Positions 48,886-57,553 of a stretch of 61,191 bases of DNA are shown in pieces (the first letter of the stretch is position 1; every line of letters starts with the position of its first letter). The stretch is taken from positions 1-61,191 of IMG/VR virus record IMGVR_UViG_3300033150_001094; one strand, given 5' to 3'. Source of the stretch: a virus. A program made the translations under genes and the position numbers. The notes under the pieces are model-generated. The model was not told where the DNA came from and did not search any database. It worked only from the letters and a program-made list of their open reading frames with translations.

Positions 48886-49971
48886 TTAGCTGAAGTTGGT
48901 TACGGTGTCGATGATTCCGACGCAAGCCGGAGAGTAATAGACCATCTGGCCGTCGAAATCAAGCCGAATGAGCTGCGTGCTCGTGGTGATGTCGTCGTCT
49001 TCACTCCTGTAAAAGAGCTGCGGTGACAGACACATCAGCTCAATGTGCTGAGCATTCAGCATGAACGCCAGACCGTTCGGACAGGCGTAGTCGGCCACCA
49101 GGTCCAACCCCTCAAACGCCAAAGCTCGAATCCCGAGGTCGAGAAGTTGTGGCGTCTTGCTGACCTCAAGTCGCTGCGCATCCTTGAGGGAATCCATCGC
49201 CTGACGAAGCAGTTCTGCGTTCATCACGCAGATATTGGGGTCGATCCCGGTACGCATACCAAGATACGTCCGCGTGAACCGGAGAACCGACTGCCAGTCA
49301 CCCGCCCAGGTGCCATTGGCAAAGAAGTTGCTGTCGGTCCCGTCAACGATTAGAGATGTCCAAGCAGCATACTCGGAGTCGCCATACCCAATCGGAAAGT
49401 GGCCGGTCCAGCTGCCACCCAACGCCCCCAACTGCATCGCAATTCCGGCGTATGACTTGTTGCTGCTCGGGTTCTTGGCTGGCGTGTCGCCGGCACTGCC
49501 GATTGCCGTTGCACTGGTGTCGTGCACGGTCTGGAGCCCGTCAATGTCCTCCGGATTCGAGCCGGAGTTGATGTACAACTTCATCTTGAACGCCACTTCC
49601 ATGTCTTCCAGCAACTCATTCACGGTCGTTTGCACGATCCGAATGAGCGCCTCCTTGCCTTTGTTCACCAACTTCTCAAAGCGCGAAATGCGCTCAGTCA
49701 TGTGGTAATGCCGCCAACTCGACTCCGCCTCAAGTCGGGTGTTGGTGGCCACAAAAGTGGCACTCACGGCCTCACCCAACCCTGTTTCGAGTTCGCGGCG
49801 GCGATAGCGAGGATACCACACGATCTTCCGGCCGCTGTTGTTGAACGACAGGCGGCCAAACCCACGCAAAACGCCCAACAGCGGCAACTTCGGATAGATC
49901 GTCTCGACCTTCTTGCGCACGTATTTGTTGAGCGTGGTGGTTCGGATTCTGGGCGTAATAGGATCAGGCAT
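48886..49971 (-). CDS. major capsid protein candidate
   Basis: 361 aa with strong SD (AAGGAGG). It follows the scaffold gene and has its own consensus promoter and long leader. Confidence 0.65.
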   Translation of the reverse strand: MPDPITPRIRTTTLNKYVRKKVETIYPKLPLLGVLRGFGRLSFNNSGRKIVWYPRYRRRELETGLGEAVSATFVATNTRLEAESSWRHYHMTERISRFEKLVNKGKEALIRIVQTTVNELLEDMEVAFKMKLYINSGSNPEDIDGLQTVHDTSATAIGSAGDTPAKNPSSNKSYAGIAMQLGALGGSWTGHFPIGYGDSEYAAWTSLIVDGTDSNFFANGTWAGDWQSVLRFTRTYLGMRTGIDPNICVMNAELLRQAMDSLKDAQRLEVSKTPQLLDLGIRALAFEGLDLVADYACPNGLAFMLNAQHIELMCLSPQLFYRSEDDDITTSTQLIRLDFDGQMVYYSPACVGIIDTVTNFS

Positions 49972-50281
49972 ACGAGCCTCCTTGTTCTAACGCAGGTAGA
50001 GAACTCAGCGTACCCAAGCGCGATTCCCGACAAGCAACAGCGCAAGGCTTATCGGGCAAGCGAACCGCCGAGAACGCCCGTGGGATACGGGGCCGGAAGT
50101 GCATCTGAACGAGGATTATCGCCAGGCCACGACAGCCACAGCTTCCGGGTATCCCTATCCCACCGACGCGAACCGGACCAGTGTTCGCTTAGGAAAGCAA
50201 TGCACCCGAGCGCGATTGCCGCCAAGCCGCAATCGCTATCACTTCACAGAAATTGTCTTGGTCCGGTTCGTGTAGGATTCT
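49972..50281 (-). promoter_or_regulatory. ~310-nt structured 5' leader of the capsid gene
   Basis: Perfect 12-bp long-range helix (50169-50180 with 50259-50270), 8-bp hairpin (50212-50236), and a 7+7-bp helix (50082-50099 with 50142-50155). Confidence 0.5.
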
Positions 50282-50287
50282 GTCTCT

Positions 50288-50314
50288 ATTATACCGCGCC
50301 ACCTAGCGTGTCAA
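50288..50314 (-). promoter_or_regulatory. sigma70-consensus promoter (TTGACA-N15-TATAAT)
   Basis: The minus strand reads cTTGACAcgctaggtggcgcggTATAATagag, starting 1 nt after the scaffold stop. Confidence 0.6.
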
Positions 50315-50315
50315 G

Positions 50316-51434
50316 CTACAGTTCGCCGGCTCGACGAAATGCCTCGACCAAATCCATGCCCTGATCCACGAGGTCATCGACGCTCGGCTTCTTCCTCTGC
50401 CCCCCCGCAGAGGTGGCACGGGTAGCAGTTTTCTTGAGAGGCCGCTTGGCACCACCTTTGGGGGCCAGGTCTGCGCGAGCCAGCTTCAAGGCGAGTTCTA
50501 CGCGGAGCTTTTCGTCGGTCACCTTGCCCGCCAGATTGTTCAGGTGCTCCACAAACTTCTCGCCAAACTCCGTTGGCCCCTTCTGGGGGTCGCCATCTAC
50601 GAACAGCACCTCCTTGTTCGCTTGGACGGTGGCTGCGAGGTAGTTGAGGTTCTTGGCTTGGTCGGCGTATTCTTGGGCGCGTTTGTTGAAGTCGTCGATG
50701 AAGGCTTGCCACTGTTCGCGCCAATCCCCCACCAGTGTGGTGATGAATCGTTTGGGGTCTTTTGCGAACGCATCAATCAGCGCCTCCCTGTATTTGATCC
50801 AACGGTCAAGCTTCGCCGGTATCGTGTCGTCTTCACCAGGCAGCGCCTCCCACTTTCCGGTGGTGGGGTTCAGCTTGACCTTGTAGTACCAAGACGGGTC
50901 AAACTCCGGTGGCTGTAGATCGTCTTTGTCGTCTTCCGATTTCTTCGGCTCTGTCGGTTCCTGTTTGACGGTATCAGGAATCTTGCCAGACGCCACCATC
51001 TCGGCAACAGCTTCCTCACCGAACCTTTCCACGAGCTTGTCGAACATGCGCGAGCGGTGTTCCCTACGCCCGACAAGCTTCTGGGCCTCCAGCAGTCCCT
51101 TTACCAGTTCTTCGTCCGTGGCATACTTCTGCCCAAGAGCATTGGCAATTTCTTCGCCGTAATTCTGGGCAATGTACTCCAGGAAAGGCCGTTCTGGCGC
51201 GCCACAAGGCTCGCCACCCTCGCCGCACGGCTCACCCTCATCGGGCTCTTCCACGTCCGTATCCCCGGATTCGCCGCCGGGCTCCCCTTCCGGCTCTTCG
51301 GGTTCCTGGGGTTCAGTGGGTGTATCTTGCGCGTCCGGTTCATCGCCCTCGCCCGTGCCGTCAGGCACCCCTTCTTTGCCCTCATCGCTCGCGACCAAAT
51401 CCACAAGGTCCAGGTCGTCTTCGCCCGTGCTCAT
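50316..51434 (-). CDS. scaffolding protein candidate
   Basis: Very acidic, low-complexity N-terminus and a helical body. It precedes the capsid gene. The ATG at 51434 has SD AAGGGAGA. Confidence 0.5.
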   Translation of the reverse strand: MSTGEDDLDLVDLVASDEGKEGVPDGTGEGDEPDAQDTPTEPQEPEEPEGEPGGESGDTDVEEPDEGEPCGEGGEPCGAPERPFLEYIAQNYGEEIANALGQKYATDEELVKGLLEAQKLVGRREHRSRMFDKLVERFGEEAVAEMVASGKIPDTVKQEPTEPKKSEDDKDDLQPPEFDPSWYYKVKLNPTTGKWEALPGEDDTIPAKLDRWIKYREALIDAFAKDPKRFITTLVGDWREQWQAFIDDFNKRAQEYADQAKNLNYLAATVQANKEVLFVDGDPQKGPTEFGEKFVEHLNNLAGKVTDEKLRVELALKLARADLAPKGGAKRPLKKTATRATSAGGQRKKPSVDDLVDQGMDLVEAFRRAGEL

Positions 51435-51454
51435 GCCTGTTCTCCCTTTCTTTG

Positions 51455-51470
51455 TCCACACCAATCTTAC
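51455..51470 (+). promoter_or_regulatory. promoter-like motif upstream of the replication block
   Basis: TCCACACCAATCTTAC, 86 nt upstream of the ERF ATG. Confidence 0.5.
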
Positions 51471-51555
51471 TTGGCAACACCTGTTAGGGCGGTGCTATTT
51501 TATACTTGTTGGACCAAAGGCACAAGCCCATTCCACACTTTTAGGGGGACTTGCA

Positions 51556-52296
51556 ATGCAGCACTCCGAAAACATTGACGCTTTGCTTGCCATGCTCCAC
51601 GAAGTGCAACGACATGTGGAGCCACCCAATTGCACAGGCTTCAACGCCGAACAAAAGTACGACTACGCCACAGAGGTTGACTGGTGGCAGACACTTCACG
51701 CACTGCTCACAGAATACAAGCTCGTCGTGGTCTTCTCGTTGGCCGACTGCTCCTGCCTTGGCCCAACGCCCAGGGGCACCCAGATGATAACACAGGTCAA
51801 ACTCAAGATGCGTATAATCCACGCCCCGACGGACCAGTGGTTGGAAATCGAAACAGGCGGCTACGGTGCCGACCCCACCGACAAAGGGATTTACAAGGCC
51901 ATTACTGGCGCGAAGAAATACGGATATGCCATGCTGCTGGCTCTGCCGACCCTCCATGATCCCGAACGAGACAGCCAGGGTTCTGCGGCCAAACAATCGC
52001 CGTCTGATCCTCCTGCCGTTCGTGCCATCAATGCCATTCACAACGCCCAAAGTCTCCAAGAGCTGGACCGCATCATGGAGCACGCCCAAAAGGTGATTCG
52101 CAAGGCCAGCGAACTTGACCAAATCAGCCGTGCTGCCAATGTGCGAATTTGCGACATCGCAGACGCCGCCTCTAGCAGCGGCGACACCAAAACCCTCCAA
52201 TACCTCAAGGCTCGTGTGGAAGTGACAGGCTGGATTACGGAGGCGACACGTGACATTCTTCGCAAGTTCCTTGCTGACGGACCTTCCGCTTCGTGA
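51556..52296 (+). CDS. erf: ERF-family single-strand annealing protein
   Basis: MQHSENIDALLAMLHEVQ...FNAEQKYDYATEVD...DKGIYKAITGAKKYGYAMLLALPT follows the ERF pattern. The ORF-track start at 51172 lies antisense to the scaffold gene. Confidence 0.6.
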   Translation: MQHSENIDALLAMLHEVQRHVEPPNCTGFNAEQKYDYATEVDWWQTLHALLTEYKLVVVFSLADCSCLGPTPRGTQMITQVKLKMRIIHAPTDQWLEIETGGYGADPTDKGIYKAITGAKKYGYAMLLALPTLHDPERDSQGSAAKQSPSDPPAVRAINAIHNAQSLQELDRIMEHAQKVIRKASELDQISRAANVRICDIADAASSSGDTKTLQYLKARVEVTGWITEATRDILRKFLADGPSAS

Positions 52297-53941
52297 TTAC
52301 CAAGCAGACGCAGTCTCGGCAATCCTTGAAGCGTTCGACAATGACCGCAACAGAGTGTTGCTCGTCATGCCAACCGGCACCGGCAAAACGCATGTTTTCC
52401 TTCAAGTCGCCGTCAACATGGCACGGTTGGAAAAGAGGACGCTCATTGTCTCACACCGGCGCGAAATCCTGTTGCAAACGCTCGAACGAGCGCAGGCAAC
52501 AGGGCTTCGTGCAATCATGGACTCAGGGCCGCGCAAGGCTCCTGAGTGGACGCTAGATGATGTGGTCGTTACGACCGTCCAAACCATGAGTCGCGGGGCC
52601 AGGCACGCCCGCTACGATGAAGGCCACTTTGACCTCATCATCTTCGATGAAGCACACCACTCCGTGGCGCCAAGCTATCAGCGGATAACAGAGTACTTCA
52701 ACGCCCCACACTTGCTTGGCGCCACCGCTACTCCACACCGCCACGACAAGGTGGCTCTCGGCAACATTTTCGACACCGTGGCTTACGAAATGTCCGCCAT
52801 GCGGGCAATCAATCAGGGATGGCTCGTGCCAGTGCTGGCAAAGTCCATCCTGGTCGAGTCGGTTGACCTGACAAACGTCCCGTTGGTGGCAGGCGACTTC
52901 GCACCAACCATTCTCGCCAATGTGATGGAGCGAGAAAAGGCAGTGCATGGCGTGGTGCATCCACTCCTTGCGCTCGCAGGAGACCGCCCGACTTTGGTCT
53001 TCGCGTCATCGGTCAACCATGCCAAGTTGTTGGCCCAGACAATCAACAACAAGCGACCTGGGGCGGCCAGAATCGTTACGGGCGAAACACCGCTCGAAGA
53101 ACGCGATGCCATGATGAAGCAATTCCGTAACTCTGAGTTCCAATTCCTCGTCAACTGCCAAGTTGCCACAGAAGGATTTGACGCGCCGAATATCCGCTGC
53201 GTCGCTGTCGCTCGCCCGACCCGCAGTGTTGCTCTGCTCACACAGATGATCGGGCGTGGGCTGCGGCCATTGCCGGGTGTGGTTGACGCCGTGGAAACAG
53301 AGGAAGCCCGCCGGCAAGCTATTGCCGCCAGCAATAAGCCGAACTGTCTGATTCTGGACTTCTACGGCACATTGGGTAAACGCACCATCGCCACCGTGGC
53401 GGATGCTCTGGCTGGAACCCCCAAGAGCCTGCGCCCGGCCATCATCGCGGCGGCCACCAACACCGACGAGCCTAAAAACCTTGACGAAATCGTCCGCGAC
53501 GCGCACAGCAAATACTACGAGTTGGACGCAGAGCTGCGCAAGAGAATCAAGGCCAAGGTGAAATGGAAAACGGCACGAACCAGCCCGTTCAAGCTGTTCG
53601 ATCTGCCAGCAGAAACCAGCATCAAAGCCATCGCCGTTTCCCAGATTCACCCCTACCACGCTGCTATCCTGTCCCGTAACGGCATCCCAACCAACGGGCT
53701 ATCAGCCAACGAGGCAGCCCTGATCTGTGACTACTTGCGATGGCGTCGCCAAAACGGCCTATGCACCTACAAGCAAGCAAAAGTTCTCGTGCCACGTGGT
53801 TTTCACCCGAACATCTCCTTCGAGATGGCCTCGCAGATAATGGACGACCTGATACGAAATGGATTCCGCTGGACACGTTATCGACCACATCGCGTCAAGC
53901 CTAAAGCTGAAACGCCTGCCAGATTCAAGCACCTGGATTAG
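52250..53941 (+). CDS. SF2 DEAD/DEAH-box helicase
   Basis: Motif I VMPTGTGKT, motif II IIFDEAHH, motif III GATATP, motif VI QMIGRGLR. Confidence 0.85.
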   Translation: MTFFASSLLTDLPLRDYQADAVSAILEAFDNDRNRVLLVMPTGTGKTHVFLQVAVNMARLEKRTLIVSHRREILLQTLERAQATGLRAIMDSGPRKAPEWTLDDVVVTTVQTMSRGARHARYDEGHFDLIIFDEAHHSVAPSYQRITEYFNAPHLLGATATPHRHDKVALGNIFDTVAYEMSAMRAINQGWLVPVLAKSILVESVDLTNVPLVAGDFAPTILANVMEREKAVHGVVHPLLALAGDRPTLVFASSVNHAKLLAQTINNKRPGAARIVTGETPLEERDAMMKQFRNSEFQFLVNCQVATEGFDAPNIRCVAVARPTRSVALLTQMIGRGLRPLPGVVDAVETEEARRQAIAASNKPNCLILDFYGTLGKRTIATVADALAGTPKSLRPAIIAAATNTDEPKNLDEIVRDAHSKYYELDAELRKRIKAKVKWKTARTSPFKLFDLPAETSIKAIAVSQIHPYHAAILSRNGIPTNGLSANEAALICDYLRWRRQNGLCTYKQAKVLVPRGFHPNISFEMASQIMDDLIRNGFRWTRYRPHRVKPKAETPARFKHLD

Positions 53942-54683
53942 TGCGCGATGCCCGGCGCACGAAGACCATCGCAACTCACTGGGCGTGAAACTGGCAAAGG
54001 ATGGTCAAAGCATCGTGCTGAAATGTTTTGCCGGGTGCAAAATCGACGACATCTGCGCGGCGTTGGGCATAGAAAAGCGTGATCTGTTCTTCAACTCCCA
54101 CACACGCGACACCAGCCGCCGCTCGCCACGCAAGCGTTACCGCATTGTGGCGTCCTACATCTACACAGATGAGCAAGGCAACAAGCTCTATAAGATCGTG
54201 CGATACAGGCCAAAGACCTTTAAAAGCTTTGCTTATGATAGCAAGTCGAAGCGCTGGCGGAAGGGCCTCGAAGGCGTCCGGCGGGTGCCCTACCGCCTGG
54301 ACATGATGGCGGCCAACAAAAGCAAAACCGTCGTGTTCACGGAAGGTGAGAAAGACGCCGACCTCGTTACCGCCAGCGGGCTATACATCGGAAGCTGCAT
54401 TGCCGGCGGGGCAAACGGTCCTCTGCCAGAAAACTTCGGGGCATACTTTCGGGGGAGGGTGGTGATCCTAGTCCCCGACTGCGACCCCCCAGGCCGGGCC
54501 TTTATGGCACGTGTCCTGTTTGAGCTAATCCCAAATGCCCTCTCGGTTTATGTTTTTGACCTTGACAGAACCAGAGCAGATGGGTATGACTTGAGCGACT
54601 GGGTGAAGGATGGGAACAGCCTTGAGGCCCTTGACTCTTGCTTGAGTTACCTCAATAGCTGCAACGTTCGCACCAATTGGTAA
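53859..54683 (+). CDS. zinc-finger / Toprim primase-like protein
   Basis: CPAHEDHRNSLGV...KCFAGC (CHC2-type finger), VVFTEGEKDADL (Toprim Glu) and LVPDCDPPG (DxD). Confidence 0.7.
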   Translation: MDSAGHVIDHIASSLKLKRLPDSSTWISARCPAHEDHRNSLGVKLAKDGQSIVLKCFAGCKIDDICAALGIEKRDLFFNSHTRDTSRRSPRKRYRIVASYIYTDEQGNKLYKIVRYRPKTFKSFAYDSKSKRWRKGLEGVRRVPYRLDMMAANKSKTVVFTEGEKDADLVTASGLYIGSCIAGGANGPLPENFGAYFRGRVVILVPDCDPPGRAFMARVLFELIPNALSVYVFDLDRTRADGYDLSDWVKDGNSLEALDSCLSYLNSCNVRTNW

Positions 54684-54689
54684 CACACC

Positions 54690-55013
54690 ATGGGACGCCC
54701 AAGAACCAGACTGACGAACTGGGAAAAGTTGATTGCCTTCACGATGCGCATCATGGCGCCTGCACGCCTGAACTCACAGGCAACCATCACCACTCTTTTC
54801 CACCCCCCAAATCGTAAGGCAGTCACCGAGGCGTTCCTTACTCTGCTGCGCACCCGCAACCTTCACCACGACGACAGGTGGCCCAACGAATATCTCAACC
54901 GCAAGACGGATGTTGTGAAGGTGTTGGCAGTTCATGCCAACATCCAAACGTTGGGCTATCGTGGCGTGACCAACAGGCATCTCACATTCTTCGGCCGCAA
55001 ACTTAGGCCATGA
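54690..55013 (+). CDS. hypothetical protein (107 aa)
   Basis: ATG start shortly after the primase stop. Confidence 0.5.
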   Translation: MGRPRTRLTNWEKLIAFTMRIMAPARLNSQATITTLFHPPNRKAVTEAFLTLLRTRNLHHDDRWPNEYLNRKTDVVKVLAVHANIQTLGYRGVTNRHLTFFGRKLRP

Positions 55014-55080
55014 TCGGTTTGTGTTTCACAATCCGTTCACTCAAACAGGAAAGGAGCACACATAGTCTGCGCGCAATCAA

Positions 55081-55113
55081 AGAGACCACCGAGGGGCTAA
55101 CCCGGTGGTCTCT
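55081..55113 (+). terminator. perfect 11-bp hairpin (no U tract)
   Basis: AGAGACCACCG-aggggctaacc-CGGTGGTCTCT, about 70 nt after the stop at 55013. Confidence 0.35.
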
Positions 55114-55750
55114 TCGTGAGTGGCGCGACGGATCGCGCTGCTCGAACGGCATGGAAGCTTTTTTCAAAGCCTCCCGCCTAAGTGCTGGCCTGCTGGACTG
55201 TGAAGGTCTAAAAAGGCCGCCGCAGGCACCAGCCGGTTTTTTCGAGGGTTTTTACCCCGGCCGTCCAGGGCAAGCCATAAAGCCCACCGAGGCGGCTAAA
55301 AAACCCCGAATAAAGCACCCTGATCGCGGGCAGGGCGGTCCAAAGGAACCGAAACAGGGTCCAACCCCTACAGGTTGGTTTCCGGGCAACGGGCTGGTAG
55401 TCGATCCAGCATTGGGGGCTACGTCCCGGTCCACCGGCATAGCCGGGGGTTCACCCCCGTTTCAAAACCCTGGTATAAGGTTCCTCGCCGACCGGGCAAC
55501 TGCGACGGCCAGCACTGACACTACTATCCTACAATCGGCCATCACAATAGACAACCCCAAATTGAGAAGAACCCCTTCCACCCAAACGAAGGGAAGACAT
55601 GTGGGGGAATGAGGAATAGGCCGGTTGGGGGGAACTCCAAGGCATCCTGGCATCCGCCACTATTACTCTATGCCAGGGGAAGCCCCCCTGTACGCCAAAC
55701 ACCCCCACACAACGGGGGTAGCGAATACCACCCCCAGGAGTCTGGGGTCA

Positions 55751-56341
55751 ATGACCTTGGTTGAGAAAATTGCCGCAGAATACAAGGGCTCCCTCCGAGA
55801 CGGTTTCGGCGTGCCATTTGCCAATGTGGTTTTCGCCCGTGCGGAGCGGGCGAGCATTGAGTTGCAGGCTCAAGGATGCCCCTGTCACAACGTGCCCCTT
55901 TGGGGGGAGCCCTTTGATTTTGCCCCTCTGGTGCCAGAGATAGACGAGTATGGCTTGATTGTGGCCCCAGAGAGGCCCATGCCTGCCATGTTGCCCCCCA
56001 GGGTGTCTGAATGGCCTACTGTCAAGCGATTGCGTTCTGGGCTAATTCTGGCCGGTCTCAAGGCCCTCTGGCGAAAGTCGGCACTGAGTGGCAAGTCTCC
56101 AGTTGAGTTGCATCATCTGTTTGCAGGAACGGTCGGGCGAGACGATGCGCCGACGGCCATCATTCCCCTGACGCCAGAAGAGCACCGCCAGGCGCACGGT
56201 GGCCAGATTGACATTGCCCTGTTGCTTGGCGCCCGATGGGCATTGCACCAGGCCAGCGTGGATTGGGTGAGATTGCACCTGTTGGCTCGCAGGCGGCTCC
56301 CGAAGCCAAGGCTGCCTTCCTGGGCGGACATCGGGGCGTAA
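55751..56341 (+). CDS. HNH-like endonuclease candidate
   Basis: MTLVEKIAAEY... ELHHLFAGTVGRDD...IIPLTPEEHRQAH resembles the HNH core. Confidence 0.45.
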   Translation: MTLVEKIAAEYKGSLRDGFGVPFANVVFARAERASIELQAQGCPCHNVPLWGEPFDFAPLVPEIDEYGLIVAPERPMPAMLPPRVSEWPTVKRLRSGLILAGLKALWRKSALSGKSPVELHHLFAGTVGRDDAPTAIIPLTPEEHRQAHGGQIDIALLLGARWALHQASVDWVRLHLLARRRLPKPRLPSWADIGA

Positions 56342-56364
56342 ACCTTGATTGCACGACAAAAGAA

Positions 56365-56382
56365 TCCCCACACCAATCTTTG
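56365..56382 (+). promoter_or_regulatory. promoter-like motif upstream of the exonuclease gene
   Basis: TCCCCACACCAATCTTTG, 42 nt upstream of the ATG at 56424. Confidence 0.5.
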
Positions 56383-56423
56383 GTGCTGCCAACCTGTGGG
56401 GGCAGCTGAAAGGAGACTTGCCG

Positions 56424-57350
56424 ATGAAGGTTCTGATGGACAATTGCCGGGAACATGAAGACTTGTGGCTGTTGGGTCGCAAGAAGCACGTAACGGCGTC
56501 TGAGGTGCCGATTATCATGGGGCTGACGAAGTGGCTGAGCCCCAAAGAGCTATGGCTGGAGAAAACCGGCAAGCGGCCCCTTGCTCGGCGTATGACAGAG
56601 GCGCAGAGCCTGGGGGTGATGCTCGAAGATGCCATTCTCAATCACGTTGAGGAAACCGAGGGGTTGAAGTTTGATCGCCAGCTTTTTGCCGTCGAGGATA
56701 GCGGTGGACTGCTGGCCGCCACGTTCGACGGAATTGACCAAGAGAATGGCGTGGTCTGCGAGGTCAAGACGACTGGTTTGGTAGGGAGGGCAGACAGGGC
56801 CTTCTACAGCAGCGACGTGCCGCCACACGTCATGGCTCAGGTTCAAACCCAGCTAATCGTTTCTGGTGCAAAGTATGCCCTAGTGTACGCATTGGTTGCC
56901 GGAAAGGGATTGGTTCGCTGGCGCGTCACGCCGGAGGAAAAATGGGCCTTGGACATAAGACACGCAGCCGAGAAGTTCTGGGAATGTGTCAAGAGCAACA
57001 CGCCTCCCGACGGCGTCGAGTTCCCGACGATCGAAGTCGATTCCGAGGAAGCACCGGCGGTTATCCCAGAAGAAATGTTTACGCGGTACGCTTTACGGAA
57101 GCAAGAGCGTGACATAGCCGAAGAAGAGTTCCAGAGGGCGAAGCGTGAACTGATTAAGGCACTTGGGAACAAGGGTTACGGCATGTCGCCGAGCGGAGAT
57201 TCGATTCGCCGAACGGTTGTTGTGTCACACCGTGTTGACACGAAAACCTTGCGGAAAGAGTTTCCAGACATTGCCGAAAAGATGCTCAAGGAGAGCCAAT
57301 ACGAGCGAGTTACCATCAGCCTCAAACCATCTGCGGAGGAAACATTGTGA
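56424..57350 (+). CDS. YqaJ / lambda-Exo-like recombination exonuclease
   Basis: HVTASEVPIIMGLTKWLSPKELWLEKTGK and FDGID...CEVKTT (D...ExK), with SD AAAGGAG. Confidence 0.75.
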   Translation: MKVLMDNCREHEDLWLLGRKKHVTASEVPIIMGLTKWLSPKELWLEKTGKRPLARRMTEAQSLGVMLEDAILNHVEETEGLKFDRQLFAVEDSGGLLAATFDGIDQENGVVCEVKTTGLVGRADRAFYSSDVPPHVMAQVQTQLIVSGAKYALVYALVAGKGLVRWRVTPEEKWALDIRHAAEKFWECVKSNTPPDGVEFPTIEVDSEEAPAVIPEEMFTRYALRKQERDIAEEEFQRAKRELIKALGNKGYGMSPSGDSIRRTVVVSHRVDTKTLRKEFPDIAEKMLKESQYERVTISLKPSAEETL

Positions 57351-57553
57351 AAGACAGGTACATCACATTACGTGTAAGGATTTACGTTGGCGGTGCGGAA
57401 GCAGTACGAATGAGGCGGGTCAAGCTCTTGTCGCCTGAGTATGTGGACAGCGAATTGATGAGTCTCGTGGAGGATGCTAAGGACGCCACAATGACGTTGG
57501 TGTTCAAGAGAAAACCATGTGGCCCAGAACGTGGCGAAAAAAACGACAGTTGA
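57347..57553 (+). CDS. hypothetical protein (68 aa)
   Basis: GTGA overlap with the exonuclease stop. Confidence 0.4.
   Translation: MKDRYITLRVRIYVGGAEAVRMRRVKLLSPEYVDSELMSLVEDAKDATMTLVFKRKPCGPERGEKNDS

Noticed and set aside
51172-51555. N-terminal 128-codon extension of the ERF ORF (S/P/G-rich).
   Set aside because: It runs antisense through the scaffold gene and across the divergent promoter region. The ERF-like sequence and an SD begin at the ATG at 51556.
55010-55612. A 200-aa ORF starting with an ATGA overlap at 55010.
   Set aside because: It is P/G/T-rich and low-complexity. It contains a perfect 11-bp hairpin and several others. It more likely lies in a non-coding structured region, so I left it out of the feature list.
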